Assembly: GCA_013265495.1 (NCBI GenBank) | Contig: MU058418.1 | Coordinates: 248,001 to 312,000 of the forward strand | DNA from: Vicugna vicugna | Lineage: Eukaryota | DNA length: 64,000 bases | Direction: 5' to 3' | Shown here: positions 1-12,500 of the stretch, piece by piece | Numbering within the stretch: the first letter of the stretch is position 1 | How the letters are laid out: every line of letters starts with the position of its first letter | Program-made: the position numbers and the translations under genes | Notes under the pieces: model-generated | What the model was told of the DNA's origin: nothing | Database searches by the model: none | Seen by the model: only the letters and a program-made list of their open reading frames with translations

Positions 1-769
1 ACTTTCCATTTAGGATGTGCTCAAAAGTGCCAGTATGCCCACTCTGGCCTTTATGACATGAAAAACACATTAGCTGTAGGATAAAAAAAAAAAGTGAATT
101 ATAAGCCTGCATTTTATTTTCCTGATATAGCACTTTAGGGCAATAATATAATTAAATCTCTAATTAAGTCAACTGAATAATTGTAGAAGTATAGCATCAC
201 CTGAAATAAATTAAGTCCAAGTCCCCTGCTACAGGATCCAATTAAAGATATTAACACAGAGAGAAGAGGATGCGATGTACCTAAAGTTAAGTGCATTATT
301 ATTTAACATTTATTAAAAGGTGTTATTAAACACCTTTTCAGTGATAAATGTTACTTTTATGAAACCCTTCCGAGAAATCATTGTTATGTGTCCGAAAACT
401 ATTTGGTACAAAAGTCCTCTCTAAATATTAAAGGCAAGCCCCTGTTGTAGGGTCTAAGTAGCCTTAGAAGATGTGGAGGCAGCAGCTACTTCTCTCTGAT
501 GAAACCAAAGAAAGACTTCAGACCTAGAAGAAACCTCAAACACAATCTTATCTTTTCACTTCGTTTTGCAGAAGATACTGGGATGAGAAACGCTAAGTAA
601 TGTGGAGAAGAGTCAATAGCAAATTTGAGAAACAGCCTGGACTTCATTCCTGTGCATTTAGAGCTCTTCCCCTCTATGGCACTGGAAAAGATTCAGATAT
701 AACCCCGTTTTCCTTCACCCAACCAGAGTGCTTAGAGAGAACAGGGATACTAAAACTCAACTGGAACAC

Positions 770-3555
770 AGAGTAGACCTTGTTCAGAAGAAACTGTGTA
801 ATAGAGAGTAAGGGAGTATGAAACAATATGTTAAAGTTCTTTGTTTTTTAAATGGTTGAAAACAGCGGGATATGGGTAAAAGGAAACAAATGGAAGCCAT
901 GCTGTCATGGGAAGAGACTACCTACCTCCCAATCAAGTGGTAGAAGTGGACCATGCTGTCTTAATAGAGATTATGAAGCTGGCAGAAATGACACTTCAAC
1001 TTCTGAACATCTGCTAACTCATTCTATAGCTGAAAAATGCTTGATATACCTGACTTTTTACTTAGTTATGTCAACATAATTGGATTATCAAGGTGACAGG
1101 AATTAACAAAAATTAATACCATTGGCGGTATTAGAATCAGTCCTTAGAAAGGACTAGCAGGCAGCACCCAGACTATAAGTTAGGAAAGCACACTGCAGAA
1201 ATAAGTTTAGTGAAAAGATTGCCATGATTCCACGAGTCTGTAACTAGAAATATAGTTCGAAGGTGATGGAAGCCTCTGAAAAACTAAATTCCAACTATGG
1301 TCATTATTAATTATGAAAGTGACCAAAATAAGTGGCTACTGAATAAGCTCTCTCAGGGCTCAAATTTGAAAAGGCAGAGGTGTGAAAGGAGGAGCCCATC
1401 ATCCCCCCTTTGCTCAGCATCTGCCCTGCACGGAGCAATACTGAGGAGATCGGACAACATTCCTGGTTTGAAGGAGCTGACAAAAGAGAGGCAGGAAGCT
1501 GTAAAAATTGTGTGGGAATCTATCCATAGGTCTGTATTATCACCAGGACACTGGCCACAAATGTTTTCAAAGTGCCGTTCCTCATAGAAAATGTTCAGAA
1601 ACAAACAGCCTGGTCAGAAGCTGCTAAAGACTGATGGGTGTCCATGGGGGAAGGAGATGGTGATAAAAATAAGGGGCTTCAAAATGTAAAGTCTGTATGT
1701 CCAGTAAAAACAAGTATATGTAAATATTTGCAAAAGATTACTGATTACTGAAAAAAGACAAAGGAAACAGAACAATTGAAGAATGAGTTAAAGACTAAAA
1801 TAAATTCCATGAAGAGGGGCCTTTAAAGATGAAATACGCATTCAAATAGCCCATTACAGGTTGTCAAGGAGGCCTTGGATGCAGCTACCATCCTGGATTC
1901 TGGTGTCCTTTGCTTTCCAAGACCACCTCCATCCTCCCATTCCAAACACAGTATTTCCTCTCGGACAAATAACTTGTGGCACCCACTGAGGGCCCTCCCT
2001 GCCAGTGGCTTTCTCATCATTTTTTCTGATGTTCCCGTCCAGCTTTTATCTTCTAACTCTTCCCTTCTCTGCCTTCCTGCTCACTTTAGAGACCAGTTTC
2101 AGGTCTAGAGCACCTTCACAGGGGCACCCTCCCACCTCTGCCCTGCTCCTGCATGCTCACAATCCACATAAACGTCCTTCCCAGCAACTGAAAGACAGAA
2201 ATGCCAGAGATGGGAGGGTCAAATGACTAATGTCATCAAACACAGGGCGAAAAAAGATGAGGACAAATGTGCCTTCTGGAACACAGATCTGTGAACTTAT
2301 GAACATTATGGCAAAATTCCAGAAAAGGTTATTAAATAGATAATTTGTAAGCTCTAGAGAAAAGGCAGTGGTGATCACAGCCCCAGGATAGGTGGGTCAC
2401 AATGAGCAAGTTATGACAAAGCACTCTCATTTTTCTTTTGATATGGCCACCTGGCTTGTTAGCTTCAGAAATAGTAAAGATAGAGTATATTCAGATTTTG
2501 GAAACAGTCCTTAATGGAAAAGACAGAGATATGGGATCTGTATTAGAGTTTGGTAATACAGATTCAAATATGTAAAACAACTATTCCTAGAAAATGTTTA
2601 GTAGTGCATTTATATCGAGCAGGAAAGCAATCTCTAGTGTGCTACAAGACCCAATACTGGGTTTCTTTCCTTTATCACAGTGCTATGCATTGCATGAATG
2701 AAGATGGAGAAGAAATACATATTAAATTTTAATTTTCAGATGTCATATAGCCAAGAGAGAAAGCTAACACATGGATAGCATCAATATTTTAATGTTTTTG
2801 ACATATTGAGCAATAGACTGATACTAGCCAGATGAAACATAGCAGAGTAACTGTATAGTTGAGCATTCAGGTTTCAAAAACTAATTGCAAAAGTTTAAAC
2901 CTCAGTTTGGCAGTGACTCATAAAAATATGCTGAGAATCTTTGATAACCACATTCCATATATAAGCCAAAACTGTGATTTAGATTTAAAAAAAAAAGCAA
3001 ATGCAAACTTTGGCAGTATCAACAGATGTACATGTCCAACAGACAGGCGGGAACAGTCTCACTGCAGTCTTTGATGGTCAATTCACGTTAAGAAAACTAT
3101 ATTGTTCAGTCCACGGTGCCATTTCTCAAGAGGGACATTGATAAGACAGATGGAGAGCAGTATTAGGATGGAGAAATATTTGGAAACATATCATCTAAGG
3201 AATGTTTAACCTGGAAGAAAGGAGTAAAAGAGCATATTAACCCATCTTCAAACTTCTAAAGCAATTAAATGGAAGAAGGAGCAGTCCTGTTTTACATGCT
3301 TCAGGAAACAGAACAGAGAGCAACAAGGTGAAGTTTCTGAAAAGCAGATTTCAACTACAAATATGAAAGAGCTTTCAAATGACTAGAGTTGTCTAACAAT
3401 GAATAATTTTTTTGACAAGATGTGAACTTCCTGTCACTGAAAGTCTTTGGCAACTGGATAACCACATCAGAGAAAGTATGAATGAAACTCTTAGCTGATG
3501 GGAGAGGTGGGACAAGGCTGCCTCCAAGGTCCCATTCAACTTCAAGATTCTAGCT
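770..3555 (+). mobile_element. Long, degraded CR1/L3 LINE (endonuclease region to 3' end), interrupted around 1830-2170
   Basis: Degenerate CR1 ORF2 motifs in the correct order (PGKILE..IK, SQHGF, LISFFD.VT.LV, VYLDF, LIKFADDT, KKANA.LG.I.R), ending in a CR1/MIR3-type 3' terminus ctccaaggtcccattcaacttcaagattct. Confidence 0.75.
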
Positions 3556-3900
3556 GTCAGTGCTTCAACTGAATGCTCTTGCCAGCTTCTGAGTGCTAAG
3601 ACTTGGTACAAAAGGAAAAACTACAATTAAAACCTTTCTCTAATATGATCAGCTGTGAAATGTACTACAAACAACATACAAAAGTTCCTTTTCACTTAGA
3701 ATAACAATTTAAAAGAATCTACAGGAAAAAAAATCTACTGATCTTAATTACTCAATCTACTGATCTGCTGACTTTAATTAAATATCTTATTTTGGCAAAA
3801 ATGGAAGGAGGTGGAAATAAGATAATTTTTAATTACTTCCTCAATCACATGCATTCACATGCAAAGATACAATTAGGATGGTAGTACTTCCTAATATTAA

Positions 3901-3936
<36 letters not shown>
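3901..3936 (+). repeat. (AAT)12 microsatellite
   Basis: Read directly. Confidence 0.95.
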
Positions 3937-3937
<1 letters not shown>

Positions 3938-5234
3938 GCAATAACAACAAAGACAATCCCATATACAGAACTTAGGTGTGCCTAGCACTGTTTTAATATA
4001 TCTATATCCATATAATATATAGTTATTTATAATAAGATATATATGATAGTATCTATCTCATAGGGCTGTTGAGGACTGAATCTATCTATACATCTTCTGT
4101 TCTGTATACCCTACGAGGTGTATGTGTATATATATGTATATGTATATGTATATATATGAAAATATTAGAATTTCATTTGTGAAGAGAACCCATACCTATG
4201 TCAATAATGTCCTTTGCACAAGAGCAAACTTTAAAATATACATCAAAGATTAAAAAAAAAAAATCAAGTCAAATGCCTTTGGATAAAACCGTATTTACAG
4301 AGATGATAGAAAACTGAAGCAATTGTTAGATTAATTATGCTCTTCTATTACAACATATATATTTTTTTCTACCACAAGTAAAAGTGCCATATGGTTGTAG
4401 AACAAATGTCAATAGGAATTGGAGGTGGAGATTTTCCACATTTTCTGCTAAGAAAAAGGCATAAATATCTCAATTGATTAAGTATATTCCTCTGGATATA
4501 CTTTTTTTTTTTAACAAAGGGCACTAAACAAGACTACTGAGTTACAAAATACAACTAATATGTTTATACTTAAAAAATTCTTAATAATAAAAAGTAATTT
4601 TTACTAAAAATCTCAACTAAAGACTGACTAGCAGCGATACTTGGGGTTTCGCACAACAACAGGATATCACTTCATGTCATTTTCATGATTTAAAAAAAAC
4701 AATTTCAGGGTTCATCATATTATATTTAAGTCACTGGATAAAGGATTAATGAGTTCAAAGTGACAAATATAATTTATCCTATGCTTTAACATTTTTACTG
4801 TTCTCTAATAAAATATCAGAGTATTTTTTCCTTTGTAAAATAGCCTGTAAAATTCCTATAGTATGAATTTGTATTGAGTTTTAAAATACTGACTTTTAAC
4901 AAGTTCTATTTCTTTTTTTGCAGAATTAAAATCATTCTGTATAATTGTGTGAGAGTGCAGGACACACATGACATTTACACTGCTCTCCTTTTCTCTTGCC
5001 AACTTCTGGAAGCCCACGGAGATGGGAGGTAAGAGGAGAAGTGGACAGTAGGAGAGGCAGATTTCATTTATGTCCAGACATTTTGGCCTTTTTAAGCACC
5101 TTGGAGCAGAACCCTCCAGATGAAGCCACACAGAAATCTTTTTTTAATCTCCTAATAGGATGAGGTATTCCTTTCCTAAGACTGATTAATTCATTTCTGC
5201 TAGCTCATAATAATATGAAAAATAATTGTAGAGA

Positions 5235-5425
5235 GGCAGCGAGGAAACTTTAGTAGGGAAACTCTGAACCTGGACATGTGTGACCTTGGGCAAAGCAACT
5301 TCTCTAAGCCCACCTCACCTGTAAAATAAGAAAGGTAATATTTATGCCACATTTAATTATCATGAGGAACAATTAAGATAATGTATGTGAAATTACTTTG
5401 ACATCAATAAAATGCTATACAAATG
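5235..5425 (+). mobile_element. MIR SINE
   Basis: MIR core tgtgtgaccttgggcaa..cttctctaagcc..cctcacctgtaaaat...attaagataatgtatgtgaa. Confidence 0.8.
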
Positions 5426-6839
5426 CAAGGTTTGAAGAGGAAGAGAGCATGTGATTCATCGCAAAGCTAACATGTAACATTTACATAATGTACCTGGCTT
5501 TAGTTATAAATATCCATGGACTATTTTACATAGATTCATTAAGGTATTTAAAATGTTTAAAACCTGTGATTATCAGTGAATCGGAAACACGCTTGTTTTG
5601 AAAAATGAATTTCCAAATAACCTTGACCATTTAAAATTTAGTCTGTTCCCCCTTAAAGGAAAAAGAAAAACCATGATAAAGCAGGTATGGTATCATTTTT
5701 CTTGCCCCTTCCTCCACACATGAGGCTGTTAGGCTCGTGCATGGCCTCCTGTTCAGGGTGAGATTTCAGAACTGATTTCAAGGCCTAAACTCTCAGCTAA
5801 ATACATTTATGAATCTGTGCTGTGAACTACTATCTACAAAGTGTGAGTATAACTAAACAACTCATTTCATATAAACTATCATATCTGAATATACGTATAT
5901 TGCATGTATAAATACCTCTAAACATACATATATATAGCTTAATATATATGTATGTATGTAGTTTAGAGGTATTTCCATATAATTAAAAACATTTCACTGG
6001 CCTACTCAAAACTGACCTAAATTGTTGACTCTGAGAATTCAGGCAAAGTTGTGCTTGCTACTTCAGAAACAGAGGTCAACTTGTAGCTCACGGTATGAGT
6101 AGATGTGCCCGATTTCAAAATGTAATTAAATGGAACAAATGTACAGTTTAGTTCAGTTTATAAAAGTTTATAAACTTTCATTAACATTTGTTTGGTAGGG
6201 TATCTGAGGTTAGCAATATGGAATTATATTAAATTGAGGTTTAATTCCATAGAAAAAGCAATCATTGCTTCTTGGTTATCTTATCTTCTGAAGGAAATTT
6301 AATGATTTATAAATAATCCCTGATTTACCCATATTCTGACTCAAAAAGCTAATTTTTAATTTTAGTATTATATTCCAGAGAGGAACTTAATTCTGCACAT
6401 TGAAATTCAAAAAGCAAAACTGGGACCATGAAGCTTTTTAGCAAACTCTAATAGAAATTCAATAAGCAAAACATATCATAGGTTACAGACTGCAGCAATG
6501 AGCCACTCTTGCCTGTAGCTTTTTTAGGAGTGAATCAATAAATAGTATACTCTATAATCTCATGACAAAAGCTATGCTGGTTATTTAATTAAAAAGAACA
6601 CGGTGGGACAAGAGCACTCACATCATGTGGGTAAATAGTCCTGAGGATTATTTCAGGAATACATAAACTATGTAAGAGTGAATCTGAGTTCTGTTATTTT
6701 ACTTGAGTCCATGTCTTACTTATACATTTCTTAAATCCTCCTCAGGTCCCAGTTTTTCATCTGCTGACACCTGGGGACCACTTACCCCAAAACTACTACC
6801 ACTACCGCCAGCACCACCACCCACATGACCCTAGATTCT

Positions 6840-7950
6840 TGACATCCTTGTGCATCCTGACACAAGATGAGCTCAAAACACACTTACGACTTCCATCACC
6901 AGAATGCACCTCAAACAGGAAAACTCTGTGTACTGAGAGCAATGACAATGAAATAAATGTATATACCTCAGTACGCCTTCCAGGCAGATTGCATCAGACT
7001 GGGGGCAGATGCAGGAATCAATGTCTGGCATAAGTAAGTTATTCTCTGTGCCATCCACCTGTAATCAGATCTGCAGGAATAATACCTCTTCCAGATGTAG
7101 GGGGCTCTACATTATGGGGCTATGGTATTTGCTGACATTGATCCTTGCTACCCTCAAGAGAATAGGGGTGAGAACTTGTTTTAAATGGTTATATCTATAA
7201 AACTTTCTTGAAAGACTGAAGAATGCTTACCAGCATAAAAAAATCACAGTAACTATTGTACTAGTTCAGCAAACATAAATCATAAGACAGTCACTTACTA
7301 GACAGTCACGATTTCTGAGACCAGAATTAGTTAGATTATGTAGTAATGCATATCATTTTCTGGATGTTTGTAAGAACAGAGCCTGCCTACAAATTCTCTT
7401 TTACTTCTCTTTGTAGTTATGTCTAAAGCACCTTGAGAAGCAGTGTGGCAGTAAAGAGTACAGTGTGGAGTCAGCAGACCTGGGTGGAATCATGACTGTG
7501 AGATAGTAACTGTGTGAACACTGTTAGGTTATTCAACCTCTTCATAAAATGAAGAGATTCAGATACAGAATTGAATAGAACCACTTGTTTAAAGTACTTA
7601 GTGTGTGTCTTGAACAGAGTGCACACTGAAAAACATGCATACAATAACATGCATCTTAAAGAGATCACAGGACAGAAAAGCCTACAATCTTTCCTAACAG
7701 GTGCACACAAATCTCGTCAAGAATGAAGATAAAAGGTAGCATAATTTCCTTAGATCTAGAACAGGGACACCTTCCATAGGGGGCACCATTGCACCATGCA
7801 CAAATCAATCTTCAGTGGTACATCGTTGTCTTTATTATGATCTGGTGAACAGGTAAGATCTTTCATCAAGCCAGAAAGTCAAGGACTTGCAGGGAGAGAC
7901 AGGATCTATGCATCCACAATCTTTAGTAGCATCTTACACATCACCAACCT
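6840..7950 (+). mobile_element. Probable ancient RTE-clade LINE remnant (L4/MamRTE-like), split by unique sequence and a MIR
   Basis: Peptide traces SNDNEIN...GRLHQ (RTE D.EI..RI..A..AFGRL), RTGTPSI (R...PSI) and CLYYDLVNR*..SQKVKD (LLYGEL..G.R..GGQ.KR.KD), in the expected order. Confidence 0.5.
7435..7630 (+). mobile_element. MIR SINE
   Basis: gaagcagtgtggc..ggagtcagcagacctggg..tgtgtgaac..ggttattcaacctct. Confidence 0.7.
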
Positions 7951-8779
7951 ACACTGGAGTCTTGTAATCTCTACTGCTATCTCAGTAACTGTGCTATTTC
8001 AGAAAGGTGGTTAAGGACATTCAGGATCAATATTCTGTCTCATGTGGTCAGTGGGGAGGCTGAGTAGTGCCTGCAGACACTGCTTAGGAAATACTAGGGA
8101 ATGTCTTCAGGTGTACCAACTGAACAAATTACAGCTTTCTGAAAGATCAAACGTCTTGAAATCACAAAAGTCCTTAACTCTGTATAAAACCAGGCTGTAG
8201 TATTACTGAATGAGTTTGCAAATATCAATCTAAGGTAAGGGCAAAGACTTCTGACTTACTAAAATCACATTCAACATCTACACGGAGATGCCTCTGTTTT
8301 CATTCCCTCAAAATATATAGTTTTGGAAAATGCATGATGCCTTTCCACCTTTTTTTTTTTTTATGACAAGGAAAGAGACAGTATTCTTTTCGGATCTACT
8401 TAAAACTGTTTCAATAGACTAAGCAGGCTCCCCTCTGGGGACAGACGGCTCAGTCCCCCACATAAAGTTACACAGGCTCTCCCTGCGCACAGGTGGCTCC
8501 CGATACCACAAACTGGGAGCAGTAATTGAATCCAGCTATCCCACAGCGCAGAGCGTTTACCCACAGAACCAGCCTGGCAGGCATCTGTAGTTAGTTTTCT
8601 AGACTAAGATTCAAAAGGTTACCCCACCTGAATCTTTGTTTCAACCCAGAAAGTGCATGGCACTGAGGATGCAACCATTTGATTGAAAATATACTTGGTG
8701 AGAAATAAGAGGAGTAAAGATGGCATTAAAGATGCAAAAAAGGAATATAGGCACAAACATCTGGCACATCTTGGGTTAT

Positions 8780-8900
8780 CCATTCATTCACTCATTCATC
8801 AGTAGTTCAACATATATTTATTGGGTACCTAGTATGTGGCAGGAACTGTGTTAGGCCCTCAGGGTATAAATAGTGCGCAAAACCAGACATGATTCCAGGC
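8780..8900 (-). mobile_element. L2 3' end
   Basis: cattcattcactcattc..caacatatttattgggtacctagtatgtggcaggaactgtgttagg. Confidence 0.75.
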
Positions 8901-9129
8901 TTCCAAATAAGAACTGGCCTTCATCAACAATCTAAGTTTGCCTTAGCTTCCTGAGAAACGTTAGATATTATGTAGACATGTAGCCCAGTAATTCAAAAAT
9001 GATAAATTTAAGAATGGGAGAGATTGCTCCACTAAATATTATTGTTATAAACTAAATAATTTAACATTTTACATATAAAATTGGAGATAAAACCCCAACA
9101 AACTATGAATATATGACTTGAAGAAGAAC

Positions 9130-9545
9130 AAAAAAGATTTACAACTGCCTAGAGGATTGAATTCAAATAGTATCAATAGTATTTGGGTGAACAACCAGAG
9201 GGAGGCATATTCTATGATGTCATAAAGAGGCCTTCATTGATATCATTTAATAATTTTATTCATGATCCACAAAAGACAAGAGATTATGATCACTAAATCT
9301 GTTGATGCCATTGAGGTGTGTGGGATTGTTAACACCTCGGAGAAGAAGAATCTAATTTTAAAATAATATTAAGAAATCAGAGGACTAGATCATCAAAGCA
9401 AGATGATAGTCACTGGGGACAAAGGCAAAAAATACATTCACAGACTTGAAGGAAAAGAACTAGCTTGATGATGGGGAATGAATGAACGACCAGAGGGTGA
9501 CTGCTTTGCAAAGAGACTTGGGGACTCATAATAAGGCACAACTCT
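9130..9545 (+). mobile_element. CR1/L3 reverse-transcriptase fragment
   Basis: Resembles the CR1 FNIFINDL...KFADDTKL.G.VNT region (taaatctgttgatgccattgaggtgtgtgggattgttaacacc). Confidence 0.65.
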
Positions 9546-12500
9546 GGTTCAAGATACTATTGTGTGTGTGATTAGAATTTATTTTTGATTAAAAGTTTCA
9601 CGTGGTACAAAATCTGTTTCACTTTATTATTTTTCCATCACTGAAAACTGCATTTTGAGGGAGATTTGGAATCAAAGCAGTAATTGCAAAAACCGAGTTT
9701 AGTAAATTAATTGTTTTGGAAAAAATTAAAATCTATTCCTTATTGCTGAAAAAGATTCCCTCAAAACAGAAAAAAACCCCCACTTCTCTGAAACGTGATT
9801 GCCAAAAGAAAAATAACTTGTTTTATCTGATTTTTAAGGAAACAGAGAATGGGGGATTTGAGACTTTCAGATGGCAGTTCTGGCAGTGGCTTCTAGAACC
9901 CACCCCTGTGCTATGGGTGGGTCATCAGATCAGTGCCTGAGCTGTGGGCTCAGCGTACGAGGTGTCTGTCTTTCTCAGTTATTCCTCAGCACCTCAACCA
10001 CAACTTTAGGCCTAGTGCAAAAACTCACAGAGTTAAAGAAACACATTTTCTAATTGTGTATTTTCGCCATTGCCATAGACACAAGCAATTCTTTAGGAGC
10101 CTAGAATTAAATTCTGGTTATGTCACTAGAAACATGAGTTCAGGCAAGTTATTTTCCAATTCTCAGTAGTTCAGGTCATAGTCTGGAAAAATTCCAATTC
10201 AAATCAGAGTTTACACTTGTAAAACAGAAACCTTTAAGAAAAAAATGTTTAAATATTATTACCTTAGTGCCCTTATTTACATTTTTACATGTTGTCATTC
10301 AGTCTTTATCAAGCATATAAAAGTTTACATAGTTGCACCCATATCATAATAGTATTTGGATTTTTTTCCTTTCAATTCTATTTTAAGCATCTCATCTAAT
10401 TGGACCACAAATCCTTAAGGGAAAAAGATGGGCGAGGGGAATGTCAATGCTTCTACATAGTCTCCATAATTCTCACTACAACAGAAGTCCTAAATGTTAA
10501 GACAACTTTAAGAGGTTGGAGGAAACAAGAGATTTAGTGCATGCAGTGATGCTGTTTGGAATATGTTACCAAAGGAGCTAATGCAAAGTCCCAGGGTAGA
10601 AGAAGGAGCATCTGGCCAAGAAAGAGGTACAGGGAAGAGAAAACACAGCAACATCTGGTCTCTAAATGTGCCAATGTGAAAAATTCTCAGAGCCAGTTAG
10701 CCAGGGTTATGGGAAAGAACAAGCAGGCAAAAACTATCTGCCAAAAAAAAAAAAAAATCTGGCTTTGTCAGAAAAGAAAATACAATAATACAGAAAATTC
10801 CCTATACTCAATCTTCAAACAAGAATTTTGGATTTAATATGCAGCAAAATGGTTGAAGCAATTTATGGACAGTAGAAGAGAAGAAATAGTTAAAAGGGCA
10901 AGCCTTGAAAAGGAGAACCATGACATGAGAGGAAAGACTCTTTTTTCTTCCAAAAGGGAAGTGATGATGTGTGATCATGCAAATGCAAATGTCTGTGGAC
11001 AGCACAGTTTGCTGCTGGGAAGGGAATTTTAATGTGTACCCTATGCAAATGCGTTTTATAATAAAACAAAATATGCAAGGCTTCTGAAGTAGGGAGGGAA
11101 GAGGAGAGCAGTGGCTTGGACACTGTGCCTGAGAGGGCCAGGGGTGGGGTGGGGGTATGGAGCCAGGGGAACACAACACTCTGGGACCCTGAACAAATTC
11201 TAGGAGAGAGGGCATGTCAAAACCCACTCCTTCCAAAAAAAATCTCCCTCTAATGTTTGAGAACTGGATGCCTGATGAATTAATACCTGCAAAATCTTTC
11301 TTTACTGAGTACTTAACCTCGAGCAATTCTCCGTGCTTAAAGTGAACTCAGTAAGAAGATGTTAAAAACAAGTTTCTTTTCTGTACTGAGTCATGGGGAA
11401 AATTATATGAACTGTACAGAAAAGACGGGAGATGAATATAAAGACAGCTCCTGCAAAGCGTTTAGAGTCTTTGTATCAAAATTAGCATGAGTGCCAAAGC
11501 CCGTGTAAGGCCCAGTCTTGGGCACTTACGAAGAATGAGCAGGAGGCTGGCCCACACTGCTGAGAGTCTGGTTTTGACCAAGAGATATTTATTCATATCT
11601 GTATATCTTGAAGCAAATTATCAAAAAGAAATTGAGAAACAATCTGTCTCTCCGGGATGGAGATATTTAAGCCAGCCATTTTGAAAGTGTTAAAAAATTA
11701 AAACTGCAGAAAGCCGAACCATAGGTGCCATGTTTTGCCTGAAGTGGTAAAAATACCATCTGCCTCAGTCTTTTAGCAGCATGCTTGCTTCAAGTAGCAG
11801 TAGGCTAAACTACAGGCATACGCTCAGCTCCAGCTGGGGAAAATACACAGACGTTTGTAGATGTTTTTCTAAGTAAGAGTAGTCAACATATTCATTTTCC
11901 TTTAGACGTATGTATTAGTTACCATAGCAAACCAAGAGTGAAACTGGCCTGGGAAATGTCTCCACTGGTCCCAACATGTGCCCGTGAATCTCTACAATTC
12001 AATAGGTGGCACTCTTTCCTCTAACACTGAACTCAATCTGCTGTGCTTAACCTGGGGCCAGGAGCCTGGGGAACACGGAACAGTCCGAGAGATAGGTACG
12101 CAGCGCTGCAGACCAATTACTGTAATTTAAATCCCCACAGTACTGCGCCATTTATAAGCAAAACCGTCGGCATCAGTTTTCTGGTCACAAGTCACTTCTA
12201 GTAATTATATTCTGTCCAATAAAACTTCTCCTGCAGTTTTAACTAGGTAAGTAAGATGCTCCTTGTTTTTCCATTTTTGAAGCCACTGGGTAGAAATGCC
12301 TTCTAGTTGAGCAGCTTCCATCCCTGCCCAGCCCCAGGTGGATGAGCTTCAAGAGTGGGTCGAGTGCTCCGGTGCTGGTGTTGACCACGTTACAGAGGCA
12401 GAAGAGACTTAATGAATTAATAGTTGTTGTGTGCTTTGATATCTTTAGATGAAAGGCACTGCAGCAGTGTAAAGCATTCGTACCCAGGCTCTGTCGCAAC

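Noticed and set aside
10808..11326. 172-aa ORF
   Set aside because: Non-ATG start, no homology that I recognise, and it runs through low-complexity G-tracts.
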